64,000 bases of DNA from Octopus sinensis (GCF_006345805.1 NC_043003.1:31558001-31622000); one strand, 5' to 3'; positions 39,539 to 54,778 are shown, numbered from the stretch's first letter. Translations and numbers: made by a program. The notes: generated by a model not told the origin, from the letters alone.

Positions 39539-40364
39539 ATATCATTAGATATATTCTCAAGTCAAATCATGCCAAGGTTGATAAAATAAAAGTTTTAGAT
39601 AAATACTGAGGTCAGTGCTATTGACTACTTCGCCCCTTCCCTGAAAATTGCTGGCCCTGTGCCTAGATCAATGACATTCATATGACATAGTGTGTTATAT
39701 AATTGTCAATGAAATTTAGTCTATCAATATTTTTGAATTGTTATATTAAGACGGAAATACTTCAGGTGTAGAATATTCGGGTGTCACATCAATAAAACCC
39801 GTGTGTAGGGTAGCGAAGATTTAAGCATAATCCAAATTAGTAGAAAAAGAAAGTGTTTATCACATCTTTAACGATCAGTTAATTTTGATTCTGTACCAGT
39901 TCTGTTTTTAACGTAATGTCAATCTAAAGTTCCACGTGAAACGTTAGATAATATTTGCCGTTTTCAAACAGTAGAATGGCACTTCGTTAGAATTGTATTA
40001 TAGGTGCGATCTAAAGACACGGGGCACTAGCACTAGCATAGGCTCCAAACACGCGCAAAATTATGTACATGCAGGAAACGAAAAGAAATGAAATAAATCG
40101 AGTGGAGCTCTTTAAAAGTATGTAAGAGATCAAGACAAGCATAACTTTCTAGAAACGTACAACAGAAATCATACCTATGTGTGTATGCTTTTGTATATGT
40201 GCGTATGATGGGCTTTCGCAAAGTTACTGTTTACTCACTACTATTCTAATCAGTGAGTAATAATAGTGACGGCTTGAAACGTTGGCACAAGGCTAACGAT
40301 TTTCAGAGGAAAGGAAGTCTATTAAGTTGACCGCAATTTTTGCCTGGTACTTGTTTGTTTCTTC

Positions 40365-40650
40365 TTGAGCTATGCCTGTCACATAAGAGCCGATTTCCAG
40401 ATTTCATTGGCGTATAGGTCCCCCACCTGGATGGGACACCGGTCTGTCACAGGTAAGCTGCTACATGCAGGGGGAACGAGTGAGAGAAAGTTGCAGCGAA
40501 AGAGTCAAGAGAAGTTCGCCATTACTTTCTGCTGGAGTCGCGTGGAGCTTATGTTTTTCGCTCATAAACAAACACATCGCCCATTCTGAGATTCGAATCA
40601 GCAATCTCTCGATCGCGAGTCACTGCTCTAACCACTAGTCCATGTGCCTC
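40365..40650 (-). mobile_element. Family-C-related SINE nested in a family-A SINE (~40270-40790)
   Basis: Minus strand ggcacatggactagtggttagagcagtgactcgcgatcgagag..tgattcgaatctc. Family-A sequence resumes at ctggtacttattttatcga. Confidence 0.75.
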
Positions 40651-40963
40651 AACTGGTACTTATTTTATCGATCCCGAAATGATTAAAGGTAAAGTTGGTC
40701 TTGGCGGAATTTTAATACAGAACGTTTTTCTGGAAGAAATTTCGCGATGCATTTTCCCCTGCATGCTAACGAATTTGCCTGTTCGACACCTTTGATTGTT
40801 TCTAAATCGGATACGAGGCCTGAACTCGTACTTATTTTGTTTCCCCAGGAATGATGAAAACCAGATCCGGATTTGAACTCACAAAGAGCAGAAGAAATGC
40901 TGCAAAATATTTTGTCCGACCCTCTAAAGGACCTGACAGTTCGTTCAATATGAAGAATACAAA

Positions 40964-41515
40964 GGCGGCGAGCTGACAGAAACGTTAGCACGCCGGGCGA
41001 AATGCGTAGCCGTATTTCGTCTGCCGCTACGTTCTGAGTTCAAATTCTGCCGAGGTCGACTTTGCCTTTCGTGCTTTCGGGGTCGATAAATTAAGGACCA
41101 GTTACGCACTGGGGTTGATGCAATCGACTTAATCCGTTTGCCTGTCCTTGTTTGTCTCCTCTGTGTTTAGCCCCTGGTGGATAGTAAAGAAATAGGCATT
41201 TCGTCTGCTGAGGTCGACTTTGCCTTTCATCCTTCGGGGTCGATTAAATAAGATCCAGTTACGCACTGGGGTCAATATAATCGACTTAATCCGTGTGTCT
41301 GTCCCTGTTTGTTCTCTCTGTGTGTAGCCCCTTGTGGGTAGTAAAGAAATAGAAATAGATATTTCGTCTGTCTTTACGATCTGATTTCAAATACCGCCGA
41401 GGTCGGCTTTGCCTTTCATCCTTTTGGGGCCGATAAATTAAGTGCAAGTTGCATACTGGTGTCGATCTAATCGACTGGCCACCCTCCTCAAAAATTTCGG
41501 ACCTTGTATCTAGAG
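40964..41515 (+). mobile_element. Family-A SINE, head-to-tail trimer
   Basis: Head ggcggcgagctgacagaaacgttagcacg..gagttcaaattc. Core gaggtcgactttgcctttc..ggggtcgataaattaag at ~41052, ~41210 and ~41399. Confidence 0.88.
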
Positions 41516-41698
41516 TAGAAAAGAATATAAAAAAATGCAATACAATGAACGTCAAAATGGAGCTTACAAAATTAGGCTGGTTTGAAAGACAGTGGTATTC
41601 GAACACAAGTGCAAGAATGAAAGAATTTATACAAGTATTTTTTACAAAGATAATTACACGGAATAAAATAATATACATATGTAATAATATATACAAAC

Positions 41699-41770
<72 letters not shown>

Positions 41771-42370
41771 CGCGTGCGTGTGTTTGTGTGTGTGTGTGAG
41801 AGTAAAATAATTGGTGAGTAAAATAACTGAAATTATAAAGAAAATAAAAACATGAAAAATATTTGGGTTTCATGTTCACCTACAAATACTTCTAGGAACG
41901 TAGAATGGTGACAGTTTTTTTTTTATCGTCTGAAGATTGGCCAACCATGCATGAAACTTACCGTCATACTTTGAGATTCTCCTTATGTTTTTGTTAGTAT
42001 GTGTGCGTGTACGTGTGCGTGCGTGTGTGTATGCATGTGTGCGTATGTGTGAGTGTGCACTCGCAATTATATTAAAGATGATGTATTCTCATTTGTTTAA
42101 TTTGCACAGCATAGGAGTTGCAAACTGCAGTCTAGCTGCATTAAATTGATCTCATGTAAGATATACAAACATAAACTTATACATGCATGTGTGTGTGTTC
42201 ATGCATGTATAAACACTGGATGTATGCGTGTGGAAAACTAAAAATTCTCCATTACACGTCGCATATCTAATATAATTACTAAAAAAAATCTCTGCTTGAG
42301 ATATTGCTGTCGTGTGTCTATTGATGTATTTGATTAGTTTCGTTCTTAGTTTTCTTCTCCTTCCTTGTAG

Positions 42371-42515
42371 TTTTCTCGTGGATAGTTTATCAAAAGATAT
42401 GACAACATCAATATATATCTTGGATATTGATTTCAACCCGTCTGCCAACGACGATACATGGAATATTACTGACGATCAAAGTGGTTTTATTACGTTTCTT
42501 CATGCTGCCCCCAAG
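42371..42515 (+). other. Candidate internal coding exon (FLVDSLSKDMTTSIYILDIDFNPSANDDTWNITDDQSGFITFLHAAPK)
   Basis: Polypyrimidine acceptor tttcttctccttccttgtag, 145-nt stop-free non-repeat sequence, AAG|GTTATA donor. Product not recognised. Confidence 0.4.
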
Positions 42516-43384
42516 GTTATATTGTATCATCGGATATTTTAGTGCGAGCTAAAGATCACACAGAATCTCATGCGATTACATTCCAGGCCCTTGAGCGGGC
42601 GAGTGAGAGAGAGAGAGAGAAGGGAGAGAGAGAGAGAAGGGAGAGAGAGAGAGAAGGGAGAGAGAGAGGAGGAGAGAGAGGTGGTAGGGTTAGTAAACAA
42701 TGGAACGCTTACCACACGGAACTGTTTCGTGTATACACAATATTGATTTGGGGAATATGTATATCGTAATATTGCACTTAGTTTGACTAAATAAATCCGA
42801 GGTTGATGGACGCTTAAGATATAACATGATTTCTTTCGGCTAAGATCAAAGATCGAAATCCGTATGAGTATATGATTGGAACGTGTTGATGTTCCATGCT
42901 TTTCCATATGTTTTAACAAATTGCTTAACAACCAGAAAGAAGCTGAAGCTCTGAGGAACCAAGTTCCAGTTCTAGTACAATAATTTAAATTTATTCATAA
43001 TTCGTAACATAATATCCACTGTGGTAATTTATTCGTTATATGTCAGAATATATACGTTAAACTGTTTAAACCTACAGAAAATGTTTAGATTGAAAGCAAA
43101 TATATATTCAAATATATAGAATATATTCACATATTGTAAAGCTGTATACCTCTATTCCGAAGCGTGCATCACGCAGTATTAATTCCACAATACAAACATG
43201 CACGGACGTACACAAGCGGACAAGCACACATGCATAATTACTCATCGAACATAAATAATTAATACATCTCTCGCCTCAATTTCTCTCTCTCTTTCTCTCT
43301 GCATGTGTGTATGTCGTACATATATAAATCCATGTGCGTATACACACATATAAATGTCTGTATGCATGTATGTATGTATAACTA

Positions 43385-43602
43385 TACAGGGTGGCCCAAA
43401 AGTAGGTTTGCAGTTATCACGTAGGCACTCTAATTTTTTTTAAAAACATTTTATTACATCTAAATTTCTATTTTACCATTATATTGTTTATTATCTAAAT
43501 TAGCAAAGAATAATGGTTTCATATTGTTTAAGATCTAAACTGTTAATATATGAATGCGAAAGTGATAATTGAGTAACTGTAAACCTACTTTTCTGTTTGG
43601 GC
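43385..43602. mobile_element. Tc1/mariner-type MITE
   Basis: ta-cagggtggcccaaaagtaggtttgcagtta ... taactgtaaacctactttt(ctgttt)gggc imperfect TIRs. Confidence 0.65.
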
Positions 43603-43870
43603 ATTTTCCTCAGAAGACTGGGATTGTTGCAGCTGCAGTACACTAGAGTAAAACAAACAAAAAAAATTACTATCACATTTTTTCCTTTAGTTTCCCAAAG
43701 GATCATAACCCCAACAAACGATTACTGAAACTTACAATAACTATATTCCTGTTAAGAATCAATATATTCATCTTCACGGTGGTATATTTTTCTTACGCGC
43801 ATATTTCATTCTCACTCTTTCATTTTTTTTTTACTTCTCTATCGCAAATCATTTTTAGCCTGAGTGTGTG

Positions 43871-44085
<215 letters not shown>

Positions 44086-45736
44086 ATTTCTCACTGTTTG
44101 TGTGTAAGAATGTTTTTATGCACTAATCAATCAATCAATTAATCATTCATTCAATCAATCATTTAATCCAATAATCCGCCAAAGAAATTATCAATGTTTC
44201 ATATCTATCTACGTATCTATCTACTTTCTGTCCATCTGTCTGTCTGCCTGCATGTATGTCTGTCTGTCACAAACATATTTATACAAACTTACGTATGAGT
44301 GTCTCCCTGTGTAGCTCTCTGATTCTCAGTCTCATTCTTGTTCACGACCATATACATCACGTACAGGTACACCTTGTCGTACGTAGAGTAATTTTTCTTC
44401 CCAGGGGTGGTGCATGTCCAGGATCTAAAGCGGGCACAAGCATAATAAAGACCTAACTTAATACCGAAATCGATTTCTATTCTAGCCTGCATTCATTTGG
44501 TCGGAATTCACAAATGAAACATCACACACACAACCAGATATGTTGAATTAATTCATCGCAAGTATTTACCTCGCAGTAAACACACCGCCTGGGATATTAT
44601 CCTTCGATATTATCGGTAAATTCATCTTTATGTTTCTAACTCCTATTTCGGGGTTTTATCCGATTCTATGTATCCTGGTGTGATGTTCAATAATGAAAAA
44701 TCTCTAGAACGGATGTAAACGGTAATGAAGCAATTTATTTTCTCGATCATCTATCCGATACCGTTTCATCTTTAAAGATAATTACAGAATAACAACGGGC
44801 TGCGATTGAACCAGTAATGACAAAATATTTAATGATAGTTGTCCATCCATCAACCCATTCACCTCTTCATCCATCCATCTCTCCCTGAAAGGGTCATGTG
44901 GGTAGAGACCAAATGCAACTCTATTGAGGGGCCTATCAGAAACAATCGCAATCAGACTTTCCGGTCGATTCTTAAGAGTGACCGACATTGTTACTATTCT
45001 GCAACATTATAATCGTAAGATAGTTATCAATATTTAATTAAACTTGGACACTTTGTATTGTGATAATATTTACAAAACTTAAACTATTTAAATAATTGAA
45101 AATCATTCCAGAATTTCATTAACTATTTTACTCTCAGAAAAATTGCAATATCTCTCTTATTTGTTCCATGTCTACCATAGAAGACCTTGTAATATAAAGG
45201 TGTTTATATATATGAAAAAAAAAGTTACATTTCTACGCTAATATGTATACGTTTATATTGAATGAAATGCTTTTATGCCCATTCATTTTGTTAGGATTAG
45301 CAACTTGAAATAGCAAATCTATTTCAAAATCACATCCACAATATTAGAAAGGAGACCTTAGCAATAGGGCACTATTGCTCCAGGGAAAATGTTATTGAGT
45401 CTTTGATCTGGTCTATACGGAATAATTTGGACATAATTAAGAACATGCAAGATCAGAAATAGCTCTTTAACGTAGTTGCAGATGCGTAATAGATGAAGTC
45501 TACCTTACAATCTCGAGCAGATATTTTTTTTGTAACCGTAATGGAAAACAAACTCCAGGTGCATATCTACGTTTCACAGGCGCAGCAATAAACTATGACA
45601 CCAAAATCCATCCAATTACATTTCTTCTGAGTCTGCATACGTTTCTGGATCAATCGGTTTATACACATACACATATGTATATACACACCCATCCATATAT
45701 ACATGCATATATATTAAGATGCATTCATACATGTAC

Positions 45737-45822
<86 letters not shown>

Positions 45823-45950
45823 ATGTCTGTCTGTCTGTCTGTCTGCCTGCCTGCCTGTCTGGCTGCCTGTCTGTCCATCCATCCGTCCGTCCATCCATCC
45901 AACCATCCATCCCCCCCCTCTCTCTCTCTCTCTCTTTCTATCTATCTACC
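45737..45950. repeat. Compound tetranucleotide microsatellite
   Basis: Directly visible. Confidence 0.95.
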
Positions 45951-46727
45951 TCTCTACGTGTGCGCGTGAGTGTGTTTGTTTGTTGACACAAGCAAAAATA
46001 TAACAGAATCCCAAATAATAATATTCAAATAAATGCCAGTTTATTAATTGGAATTCTGTTTTCATTGTTACGTCTACCTTTTTTAGCGGGAAAATAAAAT
46101 TGTCCTCTTATAGCCTTTCTATACAAACAGCTTTAGACTATTCAATACTAGTGCGAGATGCGTTTTTTGTTTCATCATGTATCCTTCAAGCTTGCTCTAA
46201 ACGCACATATTGTCATGTGTATATAACGTGTTCTCTATAGCAATGTCTGTACCATCCTGTCTAGGATCATAATATATTTTCAATATATTTTACAGTATAT
46301 TTTTATATCCTGTATATATTATTATGTAACAACACAGCATAAACATACTCACGAAGTCTTCGATATACTGACCTAGGGCTACAATATTGTAATCTAATAT
46401 ACTTAGAAATTATACTCGCGAAATATACTATGAAGCGCAACTATCAATGATAAAATTGATATCAAGATTTAATTTTGACATTAATACATGTATCGCCTTG
46501 AGTGATTTGCTTTTGTATTTTTACTTCATAGTAGACTGCAATGTATGTATATATACATATATTTGGCTGTCTCTCTTTCACACTCGCTGTCTCTCTGTCT
46601 CTCTCTCTATATATATAAACATGTTTATATATGTATACATACATATATATATATATATATACATATGTATATATACTATATATAAATATACAATTATATA
46701 TATGTAGAGAGAGAGATAGAAAGAAAG

Positions 46728-46784
<57 letters not shown>

Positions 46785-49045
46785 TACATATACATGTAAA
46801 TACATTTGTAAGCGTGCGTGTGTATGTATTTGAATATGTACGAGTGTAGTTCTCGTGTGTGTATGCTAATCTGTTTTAACCTTTAGTCTGTAAATATTCC
46901 GACTATTATCTTGCTTTACCTGAGCTTGTACATTTGAATATTTTAAATAAAATAGTGAAATGATATCAGTAAATAAGAGATCTTATTTTAAAATTTTCTT
47001 TCCTTCAGGCGTACACTAATGCGAAACGATCTGATTACTGCCAACGTAATCATGATACACAACATAAATAGTTGTGTATCTCAAAGATACATATCACAAA
47101 TACCAACAGAGAGCAAATTAAATTGCTTCTATTCTTGCGTTAACTATTATCGACACGGCATCATACGCGCTATTCCTAGATGAAAATATATTCTGCGGAG
47201 TACATCACTATATCCACCAATTTAATAACCATCCTATTGGTGGTGATACATGCTGTCTCCGTGCATGTATTTTGTATCGCTTTACTTACGTGTGCCAACA
47301 CCCAAGGCCAACGAACATATATAAACTTTCTCAAAAACTATGAAGCTATAATCTAATGTATATACTAAAGTGCATTTTGCCTGCAGTCAAATAAACTATT
47401 TTGTTTGCTAATGTAAGGGATGTTAGTGAAAAGCAACCAAAGCATTTCAATAAAGCTTCAATAGAGATATCTTGAATAAATATGTCAGAAACGATGTAAT
47501 ATAAATACAATGGCAGATTATTTTTGATGCATTACAACAGAAAAATTATAAATGGTGATGTTAGACAATCTAAAATGAGAAAGCTGTTTCATTAAACATT
47601 GAATTTTCTAAAATAACTGTTTTTATGTTCCTTCCACATCTGCAGACTCTGACTTGGTACCAAAAGTACGCATTTTGTTAGTAAAGTGGTGCATTTCGTT
47701 CCACAATATTTCTCTGTTGAATTTTACGTGTGTTTCATGATTCGTTTTGGTGGCTCGATAATGAACAATTGATTATGTTTGTGAAGTAATATTATGCTAA
47801 TGTTAAATTACTGTTTACAAAATTTTTCTACCTAAATATATGTGAAGAGGATTTGATCTTCTCATAACATAGCTACGAAACCTGAACTAGTTACAATTCC
47901 ATATAATTTCCGTTTTTGCTACTACGTCCACTTTTTATGCACTATATTACTAATATATGGTAATAAATACATTTCAGGGTATCTTATAAGATAAGCAGAT
48001 TCTAAAGGGCATTTAAAATCGATGCCCCAACATTAGATAAGACGAACTCGTTTTTGTCGAAGAACAAATTTTTTTCCAGACGTATACGTGTTTTATATTA
48101 TTTAATATTGGAATATTTTGAAACTTAGTTATAAGTGTAAATCTCCTTACTCGAGGGAGATTATCCTATGAAATCAATTGTGACTTTTTGGTACATGTAT
48201 ATCTACATCCGCAATGTATTCGAGAAGACATAATAGTTACTTACACATACCAAATTATGTGATGGTGGAGATGCCATTTCTAATTTCGTATTTCTTCTGA
48301 AACTCAAACTCGATAAATGACTGAACTTGAAATCGATATACACGAAGCCATTCATATAGTACAGACAGAGCAACTAAACGTCGCGATCATTTCTACAGGT
48401 CACTAAGACCTACGAGAATCACCGTTACAATATTCAACTTGAAAGAAGAGAAGTATAAAATTTGCTTCATATTAGTAACATATTGTTTCTGAAACGTGAT
48501 CATCTGCCAAAGCATAGGCAAATGGCAGTGGGCCTCTGCTTCACTAATAAAGCCGAAAGCATTGAAAATAGGAAATAGACGCATAGAATCGTTTCTGATT
48601 ATATCCCGGAAGAATTAAGAATGTATACACATGTATGCAACACCGTGCATAATAAACGTCTTGAAGTCACAATTTGAATGAAAAAATGAGATGTTCACAA
48701 TGAACTTCTTTGAAAGTCTCCCTATGTTAAACAATGAAACACACGTGAAGTAAACATGACAATAGACTCATAGAAGAAAAAGTATGAGGATGTCATTAAA
48801 GAAGTACTAGGGTCAGAGCGAGGATAAAAGCAACGCTACAGCTTAGTAAAACATAACGACAAGGAAAGATAATACAGGCACTAAGCATACATTCATGACA
48901 TATGGTCATATACATACATGTTTGTAAACATATATAAAGTCACATAATAATACTGAATTACATTATATATATATATAATGTAATAAAATTAAAAAAATTA
49001 AATTAAAATATAATTAAAAATAAAAATAAAAATGAAAATGACAAT

Positions 49046-49076
<31 letters not shown>

Positions 49077-49349
49077 TAATAATAATAATATAATAATAAT
49101 AATAATAATAATAATATATATATATATATATATATAATTTATAAGTATAAATTAATAATTAAAATTAAAAAAAAATTTTTACTTTAAATTTAAATAATTA
49201 AAATTTTGAATTTTATATTTTATATATTTTGTATATTATATTAACTAATTTTATTTCTATGTTTTGGCTTGTGTTTTTCACTGTTTGATTTGCCTAATAG
49301 TGGTTTTATCTCTAATTTAATTTAATATATATATATATATATATATAAT

Positions 49350-50122
49350 CAGGATTAAAGAAAAAGACAAGAAACGGACAATTTGGCATATCTATATATA
49401 TATATATATGTATCATAAAAATAGTACCGGTCTCAGCAAACTGATTTGGGATTTAAAAGACCACAATGAACAATTTCATTTAGAATGGTTGATTCTCTCA
49501 ATTTCGATACCATATGACTGAGTCAAGGAATTCTGTCTTCTTTGCAATTCTGATCTATTTTTCATTATTTTTTCTAAAAATACTCTAGTAAACACGGTTA
49601 TAGAGCGAGCATACAAATGTAAGCATTGGCAAAAACATACATTTAGTGCATATAAGTAGTCTCTACAATTATATATAATTTAAACTTTAATTTCCTTTAT
49701 ATTTAACATTCACTATTGGTATCCCTACTCTTTCTGTTAGCTACTTATGACGTTATATCATATAACGTTTTTTTAAAGAATATTAAACGTTCTGTCTATC
49801 GCTATACAAATCCATCATTTTTTGCCAAAACGTCTTATTGACAAGTTTCGCTATTTTCACTTTCCTGAGGAGAAGATTGCATTGTTTATACCATTTATTC
49901 TTTTGAATAGTATCAGTGGAATTTTCGAAACATGTGTCGCAAGTAAAAATATTTGATTACACCTGCGTTAAACTCCTATATTATTCAAAATATTCAACGT
50001 GAACACTTAGTTTCTACCTTCATAAATAAGGAGTTACAACATCTTTACTTGTGAGATTTTTGCTACCCTGGTAACTATTTATTTATTTTTTCTGTGTTAA
50101 TTGTTAACAAGGTAAAAATACA

Positions 50123-50125
<3 letters not shown>
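49350..50125 (+). mobile_element. 3' fragment of a Penelope-like element homologous to 23836-24850, between (TA)n arrays
   Basis: NSTGLSKLIWDLKDHN..LEWLILS..FCLLCNS..LVNTVIERAYKCKHWQKHTFSAYK*. Downstream gtttctacc..tttgctaccc matches 23890-23955 in reverse. Confidence 0.85.
49854..49949 (+). ncRNA. Type-I hammerhead ribozyme (Penelope pLTR)
   Basis: ttttcactttc-CTGAGGA-GAAGATT...AATTTTC-GAAA-CATGTG-TC-gcaagtaaaaa. Confidence 0.75.
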
Positions 50126-50187
<62 letters not shown>

Positions 50188-50618
50188 GTGTGTGTGGAGG
50201 GTAAACGTGGGTGCACTCTGTGGAGGTTAAACATAGACATGAATAAATTGATAGATGATATGTTATATACATACTTTATAAGGGAGCAGAGAATGGACAT
50301 AATGGAAGGAACGGATTTTAAAGGAAGAAAGAAGTGAAGGTGCACGGAAGTGTTCTTTTTTCTCTGCCTGTTTTGCGTCACCCACATGTAGTGTGTTGTC
50401 CCCTCTATGTTCGCCCCTAGTGGGCAATAAAAAATCAGGTTGGATACATTTGTTGTTCGTCTGGTACGTTGAATTTTGTTCATTTTTATGTGTCTTGATT
50501 ATGCCTGCACTGATGATTAGGAATTGGTTTATGTACAATAACTATGAAATCATAGAAATGCCCTTAATATATATACATACATATATACATACATGCGTAC
50601 ATACATATATATATGTAT

Positions 50619-51010
50619 AGGCGGAGGAGTAGCTGTGTGGTAAGTAGCTTGCTTACCAACCATATGGCTCTGAGTTCAATCCCATTGTATGGTATCTTGG
50701 GTCGACCAAAGTCTTGTGAGTGGATGTGGTCGACGGAAACTGAAAGAAGCCCGTCGTATATATGTATATATATATATGTGTGTGCATATGTTTGTGTGTC
50801 TGTGTTTGCCACCCCCCCCCCCCAACATCGCTTGACAACCGATCGTTGTGTGTTTAAGTACCCGTAACTTAGCGGTTCGGCAAAAAAGACTAATAATGTA
50901 AGTACTAGACTTACAAAGAATAAGTCCTGGGGTCCATTTTCTCGACTAAATGCAATGCTTCAGCATAGCAGCAGTCAAATTACTGAAACAATTAAAAGAG
51001 TAAAAGAGTA
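50619..51010 (+). mobile_element. Family-B SINE
   Basis: ggcggaggagtagctgtgtggtaagtagcttgc...aaaagagtaaaagag. Confidence 0.88.
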
Positions 51011-51044
51011 TATACACTTACATACACACTCACACTCACACACA

Positions 51045-51085
<41 letters not shown>

Positions 51086-51937
51086 CACACACACACCACA
51101 CACACACACATATATATATATATATTATATTATCTGTTCAAGGCCAAATGTTGTGATTATGCTCGGAAGCGGTGATAGGAAGGATAAAATATTAATACCA
51201 GTTCCAATATGTATTAGAGAAATTAGAATCTGTAAACAGTTTGCACTGCAGTATATGGTGGAGGCGGGATATTTGTTTAAGACGATATGGTCCTGAAATA
51301 TCACAGAGCACCATCTATTGGGCAGAAGGATGCATCTTGATATTCTCTGTTCTCTTTCAGCAGGAGATACCAAGAGAAGAAACTCTGGGATGATTAGAAA
51401 GCAAAACTTCCTTTATCGCAAATCGTTAGATATTACCACTTGTTGGGCAAAATTATAGTCGAGCAAGAATGAATACAAGCATAATTCAGGCGAAAATATA
51501 TAGAGCAACACCTTTATTGTATCATTTATTATTTTGCAAGAAATCTGCCACTCTCGTTTCATATAACTGTTATCAAAGTGCAATCGTAAACTAAACTTAC
51601 TGCTGCTTAACACTAGAGAATCTGAAGATCATATATTCCAGATAAAATACAATATTCTACAGCTTTGATTACAGAGATATATACGACTATTTCTATCTTG
51701 TAGATTCATTAAGTATAGAAAATATACTCAACTACTTAATTGAGTACATTTATAAGTAGGATATTCTATTTTCACGAAGAATAAAAGAAAATAATCATTC
51801 GATAATACAGAAAAATAAAATAGCTAATAAAGATATGGATTTTTCGCCTTTAGCTCACATTATTCATATCTACTTCCTGGTCTGCAATTGTAACTGTATT
51901 TCTTATCGCTTCACGTTCACTTACAATACAATACACA

Positions 51938-52050
<113 letters not shown>

Positions 52051-52215
52051 CTATACGTTTGTTAGCATATCTCTGTATATACACGCACACGTATACACAC
52101 ATATAGATCTACGCACCCAGGCATTCCTATATCCGATAATAGACCCGCATTCACACATTCTTCATACACACGCATGCTCATATACACATATAAAAACACA
52201 CACGCTCACACACAG

Positions 52216-52260
<45 letters not shown>

Positions 52261-52269
52261 TATACACAC

Positions 52270-52860
52270 ACACAAGCTGGAAGACGCTTTTGATCGTCAG
52301 ACAAAATGCTTTGTGATATTTCTTCTGGCTTTTTACATCCTGGTGAGGCTAACTTGCTTTTGATGTTTTCGAGCCATAAAATAAATTACTAGCCAAATAC
52401 TGTGGTCGATGTAATTGACTTGTGCTCTCCCCTCATAATTTGTGGCCTTGAATTGTTCAGCAGCGGCAATTCGTATTTATGCCGGCAAATTGCGACATAA
52501 GCAACGACGGATTTTGACTTAGCATGCGGTTTCCAGTGGAAAATTGCCACTCAGAAGCCCAGAGAGACAGAAATTTGAAGTTAATAATTTCACCACAGCT
52601 GTTGTTCAATTTTAGCCAGTTACCAATTACATTCTTTTATTCTTTAATTCTTTTACCTGTTTCAGTCAATTCACTGCGGCAATGCTGGAGCACCGCCTTA
52701 AAGGCTTTTAGTCAGAGAAATCGACCCCATGACTTACAGTTGTAAGTTCTATCGGTCTCTTTTGGCGAACTGCTATGTTACGGAGACCTAAATACACTAG
52801 CATCGGTTGTTACGCGATGGCGGTGGTGGTGGCGACAAACACAGACATCAAGATACACAC
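52270..52860. mobile_element. Degenerate family-A SINE (+, ~52270-52450) and family-B 3' half (-, ~52635-52860)
   Basis: Similarity to the reference copies at 40964 and 21094. Confidence 0.65.
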
Positions 52861-52887
52861 ATAAATATACATACTTATATATACATA

Positions 52888-54132
52888 TCAAGTCATCCCA
52901 TAATTTCTGTCCGATTTTAACTTTTTATAAAATTGAATGAAATTTAATAGTGTTTTAGATTGTCTAATGGAATTAAAAATTATTTTTATGAATTTGTGTA
53001 CATTTAAACTAATTAAATATTATCTTACAGAATAATAGAATTAAAATTTCTTTGATTACAACCCTTTGCAACATGGAAGTATCCAAAGAGCATTTGAGGC
53101 ACATAATGCTTTATGAGTACAAAAAAGGAAACTCTGCAGCCGAAACGACTCGAAACATACACTCAGTTTATGGGAAAGAATGCTTGAATGAATGAACTTG
53201 CAGAAGATTGTTTGCCAAATTCAGAAGTGAAGATTTCAGTCTTGAACATAAAGATGGAACACGACGTCCAGTTGAGTTTGATGATAAGCTCTTTGAGGCA
53301 TTATTTGAAGAAAATCCTGCATTATCAGTTGAAGAATTGGCAATAAAGCTTAGTTCAAACCATACAACTGTTCATCGTCATCTTCAACAACTTGGAAAGG
53401 TTCCTAAACTTGGAAAATGGGTGCCTCATGAATTGTCCGAAAGTAACCGCAAACACAAAGTTGAAATCTGCTCTTCTCTCGCAAACTTATTTTATCCTTT
53501 TTGGACAGACTTAGGAATGGTGACAAAAAATGGATCTTCTATCGAAATGTTAAACGTCGTAAACAGTGGCTTGGTAAAAGGGAAAAAGCTCAATCATAAC
53601 CGAGAAGGGAACTTCATGGGAAAAAGTTTCTTCTCTCTATCTGGTGGGATTGCAATAGAATAATTCACTTTGAATTGTTACCACCTAATGCAACAATCAA
53701 TGCTGAAGTCTACTGTCAGCAATTAGAGCGTTTCAACCAAGTTTGAAGAAAAAAAGACCCACTTTAATGAATCGAAAAGGAGTCATGTTTCATCAGGACA
53801 ATGCGCAAAGTCACACTCGAAAGAACACATCACAGAAAACCGAAGATATTGGTTTGGAAAAAATTCGTCATCCACCTTATTCTTCCGACCTTGCTCCTTC
53901 AGACTACCATTTGTTTCTTAGTTTACAAAATCATTTCGCAAACCAAGAGGAGGTCGAAACTGACATTTCTAACCCCAAAAGATTTACATGGACTCGATTA
54001 AAAAGCTTGTAAATAGATGGGAAGAAGTCATATATTATCAGGCGAAATACATTGATCATTAAATTTCAATTAAATATAACATTTGATCATTTGTTTTCTT
54101 TATTCAAAATTCGGACAGAACTTATGGGATGA

Positions 54133-54137
<5 letters not shown>
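52888..54137 (+). mobile_element. Full-length degenerate mariner element (transposase ATG 53073 to ~54062)
   Basis: TIRs gtcatcccataatttctgtccgatttt / aaaattcggacagaacttatgggatgac in TA context. Motifs MEVSKEHLRHIMLYEY, WVPHEL, GDKKW, FHQDNA and HPPYSSDLAPSDYHLF. Confidence 0.92.
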
Positions 54138-54198
<61 letters not shown>

Positions 54199-54227
54199 GT
54201 GTGTATGTGTGTGTGTGTGTGTGTGCT

Positions 54228-54778
54228 TCCCAATCACATGGTTCCGGGTTCAGTCCGACTGCCTGGTTCCTTCGGTAAATTCCCTTTACTCTAGCCTCGG
54301 GCCGACCAAAGACTTGTGAGTGGAATTTGGTAGACGGAATATGAAAGAAGGCTGTCGTATAATATATATATATATATATATATGCATTATTGGACAGACT
54401 TGTTTCAGATTCCGTCTACCAAATTCCACTCACAAGGTTTTGGTCGGGCCGAGGCTATACTGGAGTGCATTTACCGAAGGGACTACGCAGTGGGACTGAA
54501 CCCAGAACTATATGAATGGGAAGCAAGTTTCTTACTACACAGCCACATCAGCACCATCACACCACCACGCCTAGAGATACTATCTCGGGACAAATATCAC
54601 AGTTAATTAGGCTTTCAATGATACATTTGTATCAATGATACAGATTATTTCAAATTAATACGTCTTTTGTCATACATAACGAATTTTAATTCAGCCTCTC
54701 GGCTAATAGTGAATTCAGTGGTTTTTCAGTCTCTATTACATCATATCAGTAGCGGGGGATTTTGTGGTAACATGTATA

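Noticed and set aside
41925-41975. CTGAAGA..GAAACTTACCGTC hammerhead-like motif
   Set aside because: Stem I and the base of stem II do not pair convincingly.
48960-49345. Almost pure A/T block
   Set aside because: Low-complexity decayed microsatellite or noisy consensus; no interpretable structure.
50505-50565. CTGATGA..GAAA motif
   Set aside because: No valid stem III or NUH triplet.
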